Positions 28,709-38,583 are shown, numbered from the stretch's first letter. The stretch is DNA of 52,908 bases from Parcubacteria group bacterium (GCA_043821485.1 JBDRCU010000010.1:1-52908); one strand, 5' to 3'. The notes: a model not told the origin generated them from the letters alone. Numbers and translations are program-made.

Positions 28709-29482
28709 ATGATTTATCTTATCCTATTGATCATAATTCTCTTAGCCCTCTATCTTTTGGTAGGAGCTTTGATTTTATTTTGGATTTCGAAATGGTTTAA
28801 TCTCCAACAGCCTACCTACAAGAAATCTTTGAAAATTTTGGTTCTACTAGAGATTGTATCAATCGGAGCAGGCATACTATTTCGTTTTGTAGATCTAGGG
28901 ATTCTATCAGTCATTCTTCTTGCGTGCGTATCATTCGGTGTCTTTCACTACCTTCTTACGAAGAATTATAATAATTCTTGGACGAAATCTTTGAAAATTT
29001 ATATTGTTTTCGCCATCATTCTTACTATACTTTCTATTGCTGTAGTTATACCAATGCGACTTTATATTATAGAACCTTTCTACGTAGAAGGAGATGCAAT
29101 GACCCCTACATATAATAATAATGATTATCTTCTTGTGAAAAAATACAATGAAGATTATGAAAGAGGTGATGTTATTGTCTTTCGATATGACTTGAACAAT
29201 TTCTCAATTAAGAGGATTATAGGTCTGCCTAACGAAACGGTAGAAATAATTGGGGGTACTGAAGTAAAAATTTACAGCAAGACATATCCAGAGGGTACAG
29301 TTCTTGACGAGTCAGAATATTTAGACCCAGGACGGGTAACAATATGGGGCAATGTTATAGAGCTGGGCGAGGATGAATATTTTGTTATGGGAGACAATAG
29401 GCAACATAGTTCAGATTCAAGAGTTTTTGGCCCTATTAAAGAATCAGAGATTGAAGGAGAAGCCTTTTATAAACTTCCGTGA
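28709..29482 (+). CDS. lepB: Signal peptidase I family protein with extra N-terminal TM helices
   Basis: EPFYVEGDAMTPT, RGDVIVF, IKRIIGLP, YFVMGDNRQHSSDSR. Confidence 0.85.
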   Translation: MIYLILLIIILLALYLLVGALILFWISKWFNLQQPTYKKSLKILVLLEIVSIGAGILFRFVDLGILSVILLACVSFGVFHYLLTKNYNNSWTKSLKIYIVFAIILTILSIAVVIPMRLYIIEPFYVEGDAMTPTYNNNDYLLVKKYNEDYERGDVIVFRYDLNNFSIKRIIGLPNETVEIIGGTEVKIYSKTYPEGTVLDESEYLDPGRVTIWGNVIELGEDEYFVMGDNRQHSSDSRVFGPIKESEIEGEAFYKLP

Positions 29483-29525
29483 TACTTTTTGCCTTTTAGT
29501 TCGAATCTGTTAGACTATTGCCACT

Positions 29526-30614
29526 ATGAAAGTGGCTCTTGCTCATGATTATTTAATACAATATGGAGGCGCTGAAAGGGTTTTGGAGGCCTTGTGCGAG
29601 GTTTTTCCTGATGCTCCCATATACACCCTCCTCTATGATGATCGTTCTACGGGTAAGGTCTTCAAGGATAGGGAAGTGAATACTTCATTCCTCCAAAAAC
29701 TGCCTTTTGTTAGATCTCATCACAGACTTTTTCCATGGCTTATGCCTGTTGCAGTGGAGCAATTTGATTTGTCATATTTCGACGTAGTTATTTCTGTTTC
29801 AGCTTCTTTTGCCAAAGGAATCATTACCAAGCCACATACCAAGCATATTAATTACTGCCTGACGCCACCCAGATTCTTATGGGATGACAGCCATAAGCAT
29901 ATTAGCGAGTTTAGGCTTCCATGGGGTTTTAAAAGATTGCTCCCATACCTCATAACCTATTTACGAATATGGGATAAGGATGCTTCGCTTCGCGTAGATG
30001 AATATGTTGGAATTTCAAATTTTGTTTTAAATCGAATTAAAAAATATTACAACAAGGACGCGAAGATGATTTATCCGCCAGTAGATACTTCGAAGTTCAG
30101 GATTTCACCTGCAATAGGAGATTACTTTCTCATGATTGGTCGTCTAGTTCCTTACAAGCGTTTTGATCTTGCAGTGCAAACTTTTACTGCAATGAATTTG
30201 CCATTAAAAATTGTAGGGGATGGACCAGAGCGTCAAAGGCTCGAAGACATGTCAGGAGATAATATTGAATTTCTGGGCCTGCAATCCGACTACAAACTTC
30301 CGGAACTCTATTGTCATGCAAAAGCAATTATTTTTCCGCAGGAGGAGGATTTCGGAATCGTTCCTCTTGAAGCAATGGCATCAGGCAGGCCTGTAATTGC
30401 ATATCGCGGAGGGGGAGCCTTGGAAACAATTGTAGAAGGGGAGACAGGCGTCTTCTTTGATGAGCAAACAGAAATCGAATTAGCCAAAGCAGTTGGACAA
30501 TGCGTTATGACTCAATGGAATTTTCAAGCGATCCGTGAACATGCTTTGAAATTTGATAAGGAACGTTTTAAAAAAGAAATTGCAGAATTGGTAACACAGA
30601 AAGAACTGTTATAA
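29526..30614 (+). CDS. GT4 family glycosyltransferase
   Basis: HDYLIQYGGAERV, GRLVPYKR, EEDFGIVPLEAMASG. Confidence 0.93.
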   Translation: MKVALAHDYLIQYGGAERVLEALCEVFPDAPIYTLLYDDRSTGKVFKDREVNTSFLQKLPFVRSHHRLFPWLMPVAVEQFDLSYFDVVISVSASFAKGIITKPHTKHINYCLTPPRFLWDDSHKHISEFRLPWGFKRLLPYLITYLRIWDKDASLRVDEYVGISNFVLNRIKKYYNKDAKMIYPPVDTSKFRISPAIGDYFLMIGRLVPYKRFDLAVQTFTAMNLPLKIVGDGPERQRLEDMSGDNIEFLGLQSDYKLPELYCHAKAIIFPQEEDFGIVPLEAMASGRPVIAYRGGGALETIVEGETGVFFDEQTEIELAKAVGQCVMTQWNFQAIREHALKFDKERFKKEIAELVTQKELL

Positions 30615-30621
30615 TATCCAT

Positions 30622-31635
30622 ATGTCCAAGGAATCCAAAATTCGTATAGGCGTCCTTTCTGGAGGCCGTTCTGCTGAACATGAGGTTTCGCTTCAATCAG
30701 CAAAGAATGTTATTGATGCTATTGATAAAACCAAATATGAAGTGGTTTCAATTAAGATTGATAAGAAAGGAAAATGGGATAAAAATTTAAAGTTCATTCC
30801 CCTGCTCGGGAAGGAGAGGGGTAGCGTCGCACAATCTGTAGACGTTGTTTTCCCAGTTCTTCATGGGACATTTGGTGAAGACGGTACCGTGCAAGGTTTT
30901 TTGAAATTAATGGATGTCCCCTACGTTGGCTGTGATATTTTAGGTTCTGCTGTCGGTATGGATAAAGATATAGCTAAGCGATTGTTACGGGATGCAGGTA
31001 TAGGAATAGCTGATTTCATAACAGTTAATCATGGAGATAAAGTAAATTTTGCTCAAATTAAAAAGAAACTAGGAATGCCCGTATTTGTTAAGCCAGCTAA
31101 TTTGGGTTCATCAGTCGGAGTAAGTAAAGCTAATAACAAGAAGGAATTTGAGAAAGCGCTCAAAGAAGCATTTAAATACGATCGCAAAGTTATTATTGAA
31201 GAATCAATCAAGGGACGTGAAATTGAATGTGCTGTATTGGGAAATGAAGATCCAAAGTCTTCCCTGCCCGGAGAAGTTATTCCAAAGCATGATTTCTATT
31301 CATATGATGCCAAATATATTGATGAGAACGGTGCAATACTTGTTGCTCCGGCCAAGTTGCCGAAGAATATGGTTAAAAAGATTCAACAGCTTGCAGTTCA
31401 GACATTTAAAACACTTGGATGCGAAGGAATGGCTCGTGTTGATATGTTTTTGACTCCGAAAGGCAAATTAGTATTGAATGAGATAAATACAATTCCAGGA
31501 TTTACGAATATCAGTATGTATCCAAAGCTTTGGGAAGTAACGGGTATTCCCCCTCAAAAATTAATTGATAAATTAATCCAGCTTGCACTTGCACGTTATA
31601 AGCGTGATGGTAAATTAAAGACAACTCACCATTAA
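30622..31635 (+). CDS. ddl: D-alanine--D-alanine ligase
   Basis: GGRSAEHEVSL, LHGTFGEDG, GSSVG, YSYDAKY, NEINTIPGFT. Confidence 0.97.
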   Translation: MSKESKIRIGVLSGGRSAEHEVSLQSAKNVIDAIDKTKYEVVSIKIDKKGKWDKNLKFIPLLGKERGSVAQSVDVVFPVLHGTFGEDGTVQGFLKLMDVPYVGCDILGSAVGMDKDIAKRLLRDAGIGIADFITVNHGDKVNFAQIKKKLGMPVFVKPANLGSSVGVSKANNKKEFEKALKEAFKYDRKVIIEESIKGREIECAVLGNEDPKSSLPGEVIPKHDFYSYDAKYIDENGAILVAPAKLPKNMVKKIQQLAVQTFKTLGCEGMARVDMFLTPKGKLVLNEINTIPGFTNISMYPKLWEVTGIPPQKLIDKLIQLALARYKRDGKLKTTHH

Positions 31636-32204
31636 TGAGTAGAGATTTTAAAATTCCTGAAAAAGCAAAAAGAGTTTTCAAAGGCGTTATGTTCGATATT
31701 TATCAATGGAAGCAAGATATGTTTGATGGGTCTACTGAAACCTTTGAAGCGTTAAAGCGTCAGGACACAGCTAATGTAATTGCCACCAAAGGTGACAAAA
31801 TATTATTGGCTTATGAGAAACAACCTTTGCTTGTAGAAGCGTATACGTTTTTTGGCGGAAGAATTGAAGATAATGAAGATTCTTTGGCGGGTGCTAAGCG
31901 TGAATTCAAAGAAGAATCAGGAATGGAATCTAATGACTGGGAATTGTTCAAGACTTACGAAATCATGTATCCAATAGAATGGAGGGTCTATACTTTCATA
32001 GCCAGGGATTGTATTAAAGTAGCAGAAATTGAACTTGAAGCAGGTGAGATCATAGTTATTAGAGAAGTTGGTTTTGATGAATTCGTAAACATAGCTAGTT
32101 CAGAGGATTTCTGGGGCAAGGAATTCAGTAGTGATATTAATAGGATGAAGCAGGAGCCAAAGAAACTAGAGGAGTTCAGGAAATTAATTTTTGGAAATAA
32201 ATAG
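31635..32204 (+). CDS. NUDIX hydrolase
   Basis: Nudix box GGRIEDNEDSLAGAKREFKEESG. Confidence 0.9.
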   Translation: MSRDFKIPEKAKRVFKGVMFDIYQWKQDMFDGSTETFEALKRQDTANVIATKGDKILLAYEKQPLLVEAYTFFGGRIEDNEDSLAGAKREFKEESGMESNDWELFKTYEIMYPIEWRVYTFIARDCIKVAEIELEAGEIIVIREVGFDEFVNIASSEDFWGKEFSSDINRMKQEPKKLEEFRKLIFGNK

Positions 32205-32228
32205 AAAGGGTAATATAATAATTGCATT

Positions 32229-32636
32229 ATGGGACGCAAAAATAGACAAGAAAATATTCCGAATCCAGAGAAATCAAAGAAGCTAAGCGAAGTGATAATG
32301 ACTGTTCGTAGCGTTACTGAACTTAGGAGGCTTATAAAACAAAGACTTACTAAAGAAGATAAGGCTATTTTGGGTAAGGATGGAGAAGAGTTTATCTCTT
32401 CATTATGCGAGGTTATTAATGAATCTGGTGAACTTCAGCTTTCTCAATTGCCACATTTAGAGAAAGCATATAAATCATCTAAGAAGGTTAGAGCCAGTAT
32501 TGAATTTCTTGTTAGGCATGGAATTTTAAAAAAAGTCGAAATAGCTATATCGTCTGAAGGAAAGCCCATAGAAGAAGGATATAAGATTGCATCTTCAGAA
32601 ATTTGGCATCATATGCGTGAAATTCCACTTACCTGA
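32229..32636 (+). CDS. Hypothetical protein, possibly with a winged-helix C-terminal half
   Basis: 135-aa ORF in operon orientation; VRASIEFLVRHGILKKV resembles a wHTH end (weak). Confidence 0.6.
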   Translation: MGRKNRQENIPNPEKSKKLSEVIMTVRSVTELRRLIKQRLTKEDKAILGKDGEEFISSLCEVINESGELQLSQLPHLEKAYKSSKKVRASIEFLVRHGILKKVEIAISSEGKPIEEGYKIASSEIWHHMREIPLT

Positions 32637-32706
32637 TTGTTCGAAGTTGAATTATATCTATCAACAGGGTCAAATGCCCTGTTTTTAGTTATAATATATA
32701 CAGACA

Positions 32707-35364
32707 ATGAAACAATCAGAAAAAGGCAACTTAAGGTTGGCGATGTTTGACATTAAGCCAGTGGATAGTTCTGGTCGTATTGATGTTGGAAAAATGCAGA
32801 TTGATTCGGATATTGATTTACGATCAATGGATACCCTGCCCATTACCGCTTCTGTTGTTGAGGATGAGATTGTCATGCCAGCACCTTTTGAATCCGTTGA
32901 ACCAAGGGCTAGTCTTGTGGCGATTCAAGAGCCGGAAGAAGAGAGCAAACCAGAACCAATACCACCCCCAGAACCTGTCCGCCCACAACCACGTGAGGCA
33001 AGTCTTACATTTGCTGACCATATTAAAAATATGTCCCCCATTGCGGATAGTAGAGAATTGATATTTAAGGAATTTGAAGAGAGTCTTTACAATGCAGGAG
33101 ATCCGGAAATTGAACTTATTAGTATGGGGGGTGCAAAAGTTGATCCGTCCACGGAATTACAGAATAAGATAGATCTTAGCGAAGAGATTAAAGCACTTGG
33201 GTCATTCGATCCACCAATTAAAATAGAGCCAGAACGACCTGTTGAACCTAAGCCCATTGACTTACCCAAGCCCGTAGTTGAACCAAAGCTACAAGCGTAT
33301 GCATCTCCTGCTGTACTTGAAATGGATAGTATTATTGAGAAATATAAAAGTGGAAAAGAATTCGAGCCACAGGCAAAATTCGTATCACATTTAAGCCCGA
33401 TTAGAACTACAAAGAGGAAGATAAGGGTGGGTCGTAAGCTGGGCGTGCTTTTGGCAGGCATTATTTTTGTAGGAGCTTCCTACATGCTTGTTAATAAAGG
33501 TGAAGTTGTAATAAGGCAAAGTCTTGAAGAAAATAGTGAAAGTGCTTTATTAAATTTGGAATATGCAAAGGCGAATTTATTAGAACTAGATTTCTTAGGC
33601 GCATCTGAAAACTTTGCTCTTGCATATGATGATTTTGATGCAGCTTCTGGAACACTTGATAAATTTGGCGCATCCATTGCTTCGGCATTAAGTTCTTTGC
33701 CGGGATTTTCCAAGGTAAATACTGCATCCAATTTGGTTGAGGCAGGTCAGAGTATCTCAAAAGCCGGTGAAAGTCTTTCTAATGCCTTTGCAACGATTTC
33801 TGAAACAAATGTATTTGCAATGCTTGATCCTTCTGCTGATACAGGCAATACTTCACTGGCCCGCATTGTAAAAGATTTTAAAGAATCTCTTGTTTCTGCA
33901 GATAAGAATATTAAGAAGGCGGAGCGTTTGTTATCTGACGTTGATACAACTTTGATACCAGAAGGTAAGCAGGAAATGTTTCTTGACTTTAGATCGCAGA
34001 TTCCTGAATTCCAGCAATACATAGGTGGAGCAGTAGACTATTCTGATTTTCTTCTTGATTTTATAGGGGAGAAGGGAACTAAGCGATATATTTTGTTACT
34101 ACAAAACAATACAGAACGCAGAGCTACAGGGGGGTTTCCAGGGACATATGGCATTGTGACTTTTGAAGATGGATATTTGAAAGAGGTTTTCATAAATGAC
34201 ATATATCTTATCGATGGGCAAATTAAGCAGAATATTATTCCACCTGAACCTTTGGCGCATATAACTGCTAATTGGGGGATGCGGGATGCGAATTGGTTTG
34301 CCGACTTCCCTACTTCTGCAAAAAAAGTTGAGGAGATGTATATGCTTGATGGTGGAGGCGAAGTTGATGGTGTACTCGCAGTAACTCCTTATGTGATAGA
34401 ACGACTGCTTGATATTGTTGGTCCTATTGAGATGCCCGAATATAATGTGACACTGACTTCGGAAAACTTTCTTGATGAGATTCAGAATGAAGTAGAGTAT
34501 GAGGCAGATAGGTCAGCTCCTAAACAAATAGTTTCAGATTTTCAGCCGAAGTTTATGGAAGCTCTTGCGGAGCAAGAAGGCATGGAATGGGTGGAAATAT
34601 TTAAGATTCTTCTTGAGTCTGTTGAACAGAAACACGTATTGGCATATTTTGACAATTCCCATTTACAGGAAACTGCAGAGATAAACAAGTTCAGCGGGGA
34701 AGTAATAGATGTCCCCCACGACTATATCCAAGTTGTCATTTCAAATATCAAAGGAGCAAAAACAGATGCAGTAACAGAAAATGCTTATCAATTAGATAGT
34801 GTTTTGAATGAAGACGGTTCTGTCGAACATACTTTGATCATAAATAGAGTTCACAATGGAGGTCATTCCAAGTATGGATTTTATAATCAAACAAACAATG
34901 CATATATCAGAGTCTATGTTCCGGAAAATGCACAAATCATTTCTGCTAAAGATGTAACATCAAATGATCATGAGCCATTGGTTGACTATGATGCATTAGG
35001 ATTTAAGATGGATCCTGATCTTGCTGAAATTGAGGATAGTAAAACCAGTCCAATTGAGGACTTAGAAGTATTCACTGAATCAGGTAAGAGAGTATTTGGC
35101 TTTTGGCTTGATACGGAGCCTCAAGATAGTTCTGTAGCGAGTATTACGTATAAGATTCCAAATGCTCTTGAGAATAGCAAGGACTATAGGTTGTTGTGGC
35201 AGAAGCAATCAGGGAGTGTCGCTGATAATATGCATGTAACCCTGCGATTGCCAGACGGCAGACATGTTCTCAATGTAAGTCCAAATGTACAATCAATAGG
35301 GAATAACCTTATCTACCAATCTGACCTTAGTATTGACAGGGGCATCTCTATAACGTTGAATTAA
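32707..35364 (+). CDS. DUF4012 domain membrane-anchored protein
   Basis: Pro/Glu-rich N-region, one TM, LLLQNNTERRATGGFPG and RDANWFADFPTSA motifs. Confidence 0.88.
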   Translation: MKQSEKGNLRLAMFDIKPVDSSGRIDVGKMQIDSDIDLRSMDTLPITASVVEDEIVMPAPFESVEPRASLVAIQEPEEESKPEPIPPPEPVRPQPREASLTFADHIKNMSPIADSRELIFKEFEESLYNAGDPEIELISMGGAKVDPSTELQNKIDLSEEIKALGSFDPPIKIEPERPVEPKPIDLPKPVVEPKLQAYASPAVLEMDSIIEKYKSGKEFEPQAKFVSHLSPIRTTKRKIRVGRKLGVLLAGIIFVGASYMLVNKGEVVIRQSLEENSESALLNLEYAKANLLELDFLGASENFALAYDDFDAASGTLDKFGASIASALSSLPGFSKVNTASNLVEAGQSISKAGESLSNAFATISETNVFAMLDPSADTGNTSLARIVKDFKESLVSADKNIKKAERLLSDVDTTLIPEGKQEMFLDFRSQIPEFQQYIGGAVDYSDFLLDFIGEKGTKRYILLLQNNTERRATGGFPGTYGIVTFEDGYLKEVFINDIYLIDGQIKQNIIPPEPLAHITANWGMRDANWFADFPTSAKKVEEMYMLDGGGEVDGVLAVTPYVIERLLDIVGPIEMPEYNVTLTSENFLDEIQNEVEYEADRSAPKQIVSDFQPKFMEALAEQEGMEWVEIFKILLESVEQKHVLAYFDNSHLQETAEINKFSGEVIDVPHDYIQVVISNIKGAKTDAVTENAYQLDSVLNEDGSVEHTLIINRVHNGGHSKYGFYNQTNNAYIRVYVPENAQIISAKDVTSNDHEPLVDYDALGFKMDPDLAEIEDSKTSPIEDLEVFTESGKRVFGFWLDTEPQDSSVASITYKIPNALENSKDYRLLWQKQSGSVADNMHVTLRLPDGRHVLNVSPNVQSIGNNLIYQSDLSIDRGISITLN

Positions 35365-35443
35365 CTGTTTAATATAGATTTTGAATAAAAATTCGTTGAT
35401 AAGGAATCTTTTTATGTTAGCACAATGTGATATAATATATTAT

Positions 35444-36268
35444 ATGTCGAGAAAAAAGATATCAATAAATTCAGGCGTACTTGAGGATCTTTATCTAAGA
35501 CGTAATTTATCGCCATATAAGATTGCCGGTATATTGAACTGTAGTTTTACAACCATAAGTAATCGCTTAAGGGAATATTCGATTCCTCTAAAGAGTCCAT
35601 CTTTTGCTAGGATGAGATATGCTAAATATGATTTTGATGAAGATTTAGTGAATAAAGCATATATTATAGGTTTCAGGATAGGTGATTTAAATGTTTATAA
35701 ACCAACAGAAAATTCTGAGACAATAATTGTAAGATGTCATACTACTCAATATGAGCAAGTAGAAGTTATGAAATCGTTATTCGAATCATTCGGGCATGTG
35801 CAAATTTCTTGCAACAAACAACATTTTCATGTAAATTGCTATCTTAATGGATCTTTCGATTTCTTATTAGATAGTGTTGATGATATGCTAGGTTGGATTA
35901 AGAAAAGATCTCATTCTTTAGCATTTATTGCAGGGTACGTAGATGCCGAGGCTAACTTGATAATTAATCAAGGAAAAGCACGATTTAAAATAGATGCATA
36001 TGATAAAGAAGTATTGCAGTGGATCTCAAATTGGCTTTCTGAAAATAATATTGAGAATAAACTTGGAAAGATATATAAACGAGGGCAGATATTGAAATGG
36101 AGGAAACCGTTCAGAAAAGATTTATGGCGCTTGAATATAAATCATGGATCCTCTATTGAACGATTTCTATTAGCTTCTTTGCCATATTTGAAGCATTCAA
36201 AAAGAATAGCGGATGCTAAATTATGCCTTGAGAATGTAAAGACAAGAAGGAAAAATGGAACAATTTAA
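35444..36268 (+). CDS. Free-standing double-motif LAGLIDADG homing-endonuclease-like protein with N-terminal HTH
   Basis: LSPYKIAGILNCSFTTISNRLREY (HTH), AYIIGFRIGD and AFIAGYVDAEA motifs; ATG 35444 follows TGaTATAAT; overlaps the lepA start. Confidence 0.85.
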   Translation: MSRKKISINSGVLEDLYLRRNLSPYKIAGILNCSFTTISNRLREYSIPLKSPSFARMRYAKYDFDEDLVNKAYIIGFRIGDLNVYKPTENSETIIVRCHTTQYEQVEVMKSLFESFGHVQISCNKQHFHVNCYLNGSFDFLLDSVDDMLGWIKKRSHSLAFIAGYVDAEANLIINQGKARFKIDAYDKEVLQWISNWLSENNIENKLGKIYKRGQILKWRKPFRKDLWRLNINHGSSIERFLLASLPYLKHSKRIADAKLCLENVKTRRKNGTI

Positions 36269-38036
36269 TATTAAAAATTTCTGTATAATTGCGCATATTG
36301 ATGCAGGAAAATCCACATTGGCGGATCGGTTTTTGGAATTGACTAATACTCTGGATAAGCGTGTTTTTAAGGAGCAATTTTTGGATAGCATGGAACTTGA
36401 GCGTGAGCGGGGTATTACTATTAAGCTTCAGCCTGTGAGGATGAAGTACAAGTTGGATGGCAAGGAATATATTCTTAATCTCATAGATACTCCCGGACAT
36501 GTAGACTTTTCTTATGAAGTTTCTCGTTCTCTTGCTGCAGTTGAGGGTGCTGTGCTGCTGGTGGATGCAACTAAAGGAGTGCAAGCGCAAACTCTTGCTA
36601 ACTTGCATTTGGCGCGCGAGCAGAATTTAACAATAATTCCTGTTATTAATAAAATTGATTTGCCGAACTCCAGAGTAGATGAAGTTGAAGAAGAAATAGT
36701 TAATCTATTGGCAGTTGATAGGAAAGATATTCTTAAAATTTCAGCAAAGACAGGGGAAGGCGTTGAGGAAATATTGAAGGCAATCATTAAAAATGTTCCA
36801 TCTCCGGGAGAGAAATCAGAAAACAATTTTAAGGCATTAATTTTTGATTCACAATTTGATACATATAAAGGAGTGCTTGCATACGTTCGTGTCGTTGAAG
36901 GGAGTATAAAAGGAGGGGAAGAGGCAATATTGTTTGCGTCAAAAAAGAAATTTGATGTTATTGAAGTAGGATACTTCAGTCCCCAACTCAAAAAAGACGA
37001 GATACTTGAAAGCGGTCAAATAGGATATATTGCAACGGGACTTAAAAATTTGGGACAAGTGAGAGTAGGAGATACGGTTGTGAAGAGCGATGCTAGTCCC
37101 CTGCCAGGATATAAAGAACCTAATCCCGTAGTGTTTGCAAGTTTCTATCCGGAAGACGGAGAGCAGTATGATGAGCTTCGCGATGCACTTGCCAGACTCA
37201 AGATCACCGATGCATCACTCACCTATGAACCAGAATCATCTCCGGGACTGGGGCGAGGCTTCAGATTAGGATTTCTTGGGATGCTTCATACGGAAATTAT
37301 AAGCGAGCGCTTGCGCAGAGAATTTGATTTAAAGCTTGTTATCTCAACTCCATCTGTTGAATATCACGTGAAAACCAAGACAAATAAGACCCTTGTAGTC
37401 AGATCTGCCGCATTTTTGCCTGATGCAGGTATGATTGAGTCCATTGCAGAACCTGTAGTAAATATAGAGTTATTAAGTCCAGTGGCATATATGGGGCCGA
37501 TTATGACTCTTATGTCAGAGATAAGAGGCCAGTATATAGACACTGATTATTTGAGTAAAGAGATAGTTTTATTAAAATACAAAGTTCCTTTGGCAGAAAT
37601 TGTTACTGATTTTTATGACAAGTTGAAATCAATCAGTTCAGGATATGCCTCAATGAACTATGAACCGGCAGAATATATGGTTTCTGATCTTGTGAGACTG
37701 GATGTATTAGTTGCAGGGGATTTAGTTGAACCTTTTTCAAGAATTATCCCAAGAAAGTCTGCTCTTTATGAGGGCCGTCGTATTGTTGAGAAACTTAAAA
37801 CAGTAATCCCCCGTCAGTTATTTGCAGTAACCCTGCAGGCCGCAATTGGAGGCAAAATTATTGCGCGGGAGGACATTAAGGCTATGCGCAAGGATGTTAC
37901 GGGATATCTTTATGGCGGAGACGTAACGCGTAAAAAGAAACTTCTTGAAAAACAAAAGAAAGGCAAGGCTAAAATGAAAGAACGCGGAAAAGTAAATATT
38001 CCGCAGGAAGCGTTTTTGGAGATGTTGAAGAAATAG
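36255..38036 (+). CDS. lepA: Translation elongation factor 4 (LepA)
   Basis: NFCIIAHIDAGKSTLADR, IDTPGHVDF, GFLGMLH, YGGDVTRKKKLLEKQKKGK. Confidence 0.98.
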   Translation: MEQFNIKNFCIIAHIDAGKSTLADRFLELTNTLDKRVFKEQFLDSMELERERGITIKLQPVRMKYKLDGKEYILNLIDTPGHVDFSYEVSRSLAAVEGAVLLVDATKGVQAQTLANLHLAREQNLTIIPVINKIDLPNSRVDEVEEEIVNLLAVDRKDILKISAKTGEGVEEILKAIIKNVPSPGEKSENNFKALIFDSQFDTYKGVLAYVRVVEGSIKGGEEAILFASKKKFDVIEVGYFSPQLKKDEILESGQIGYIATGLKNLGQVRVGDTVVKSDASPLPGYKEPNPVVFASFYPEDGEQYDELRDALARLKITDASLTYEPESSPGLGRGFRLGFLGMLHTEIISERLRREFDLKLVISTPSVEYHVKTKTNKTLVVRSAAFLPDAGMIESIAEPVVNIELLSPVAYMGPIMTLMSEIRGQYIDTDYLSKEIVLLKYKVPLAEIVTDFYDKLKSISSGYASMNYEPAEYMVSDLVRLDVLVAGDLVEPFSRIIPRKSALYEGRRIVEKLKTVIPRQLFAVTLQAAIGGKIIAREDIKAMRKDVTGYLYGGDVTRKKKLLEKQKKGKAKMKERGKVNIPQEAFLEMLKK

Positions 38037-38067
38037 GGTTATACTGAATGTATTTGGCGTACGAAAT

Positions 38068-38184
38068 CTAGAATCCTCCGCTTTGCATGAGAGGGATGAC
38101 AAGGAAAATCAGCATTGAAAGTATGACCAATGCTGCAACAACGATTGTTATAGCCCGTGTGGCTTTCTTGTTTCCAATTAGCAT
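38068..38184 (-). CDS. Small single-TM protein (38 aa)
   Basis: Hand translation MLIGNKKATRAITIVVAALVILSMLIFLVIPLMQSGGF*; fills the intergenic gap; below the ORF-track cutoff. Confidence 0.65.
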   Translation of the reverse strand: MLIGNKKATRAITIVVAALVILSMLIFLVIPLMQSGGF

Positions 38185-38217
38185 TTGACGAAATTATTAA
38201 AGTAAAATAATAGTATC

Positions 38218-38583
38218 ATGTTGAGGCGCATTCTACAATCATGGATATTTACAGTGGCGATCCTTCTTATTGTCTTTTTCATTTTGAGCGGACTTCTCGA
38301 TCGTTTTAATAAGTTGGAAGACGTGGATAAGGAAATCGTTGTGCTTGAGGAGAAGATCGCTGACCTTGGTGTATCTTCAAATACTGAAATAAGTGGGGGT
38401 GGAGCAAGTGAAGTAGATGAACGCAATCTTGAAAAGCAAGCACGTCTTACATTGAATTATCGCGATCCGGATGAGAAGGTAGTCTATGTTTACAGGAATA
38501 AAGAAAAAAATACAGAAAAACCTGATCCGTATGCAGATATGAATAATTTAGAAAAGTGGGTGCGATATTTGTGGAATTATTAA
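38218..38583 (+). CDS. Septum formation initiator (FtsB/DivIC-like)
   Basis: N-terminal TM, coiled coil, LEKQARLTLNYRDPDEKV motif. Confidence 0.8.
   Translation: MLRRILQSWIFTVAILLIVFFILSGLLDRFNKLEDVDKEIVVLEEKIADLGVSSNTEISGGGASEVDERNLEKQARLTLNYRDPDEKVVYVYRNKEKNTEKPDPYADMNNLEKWVRYLWNY

Noticed and set aside
35444-36268. Intein or group I intron within lepA
   Set aside because: lepA is intact from 36255 in a different frame; no C-terminal HN/Cys splice residues or intron core noticed.
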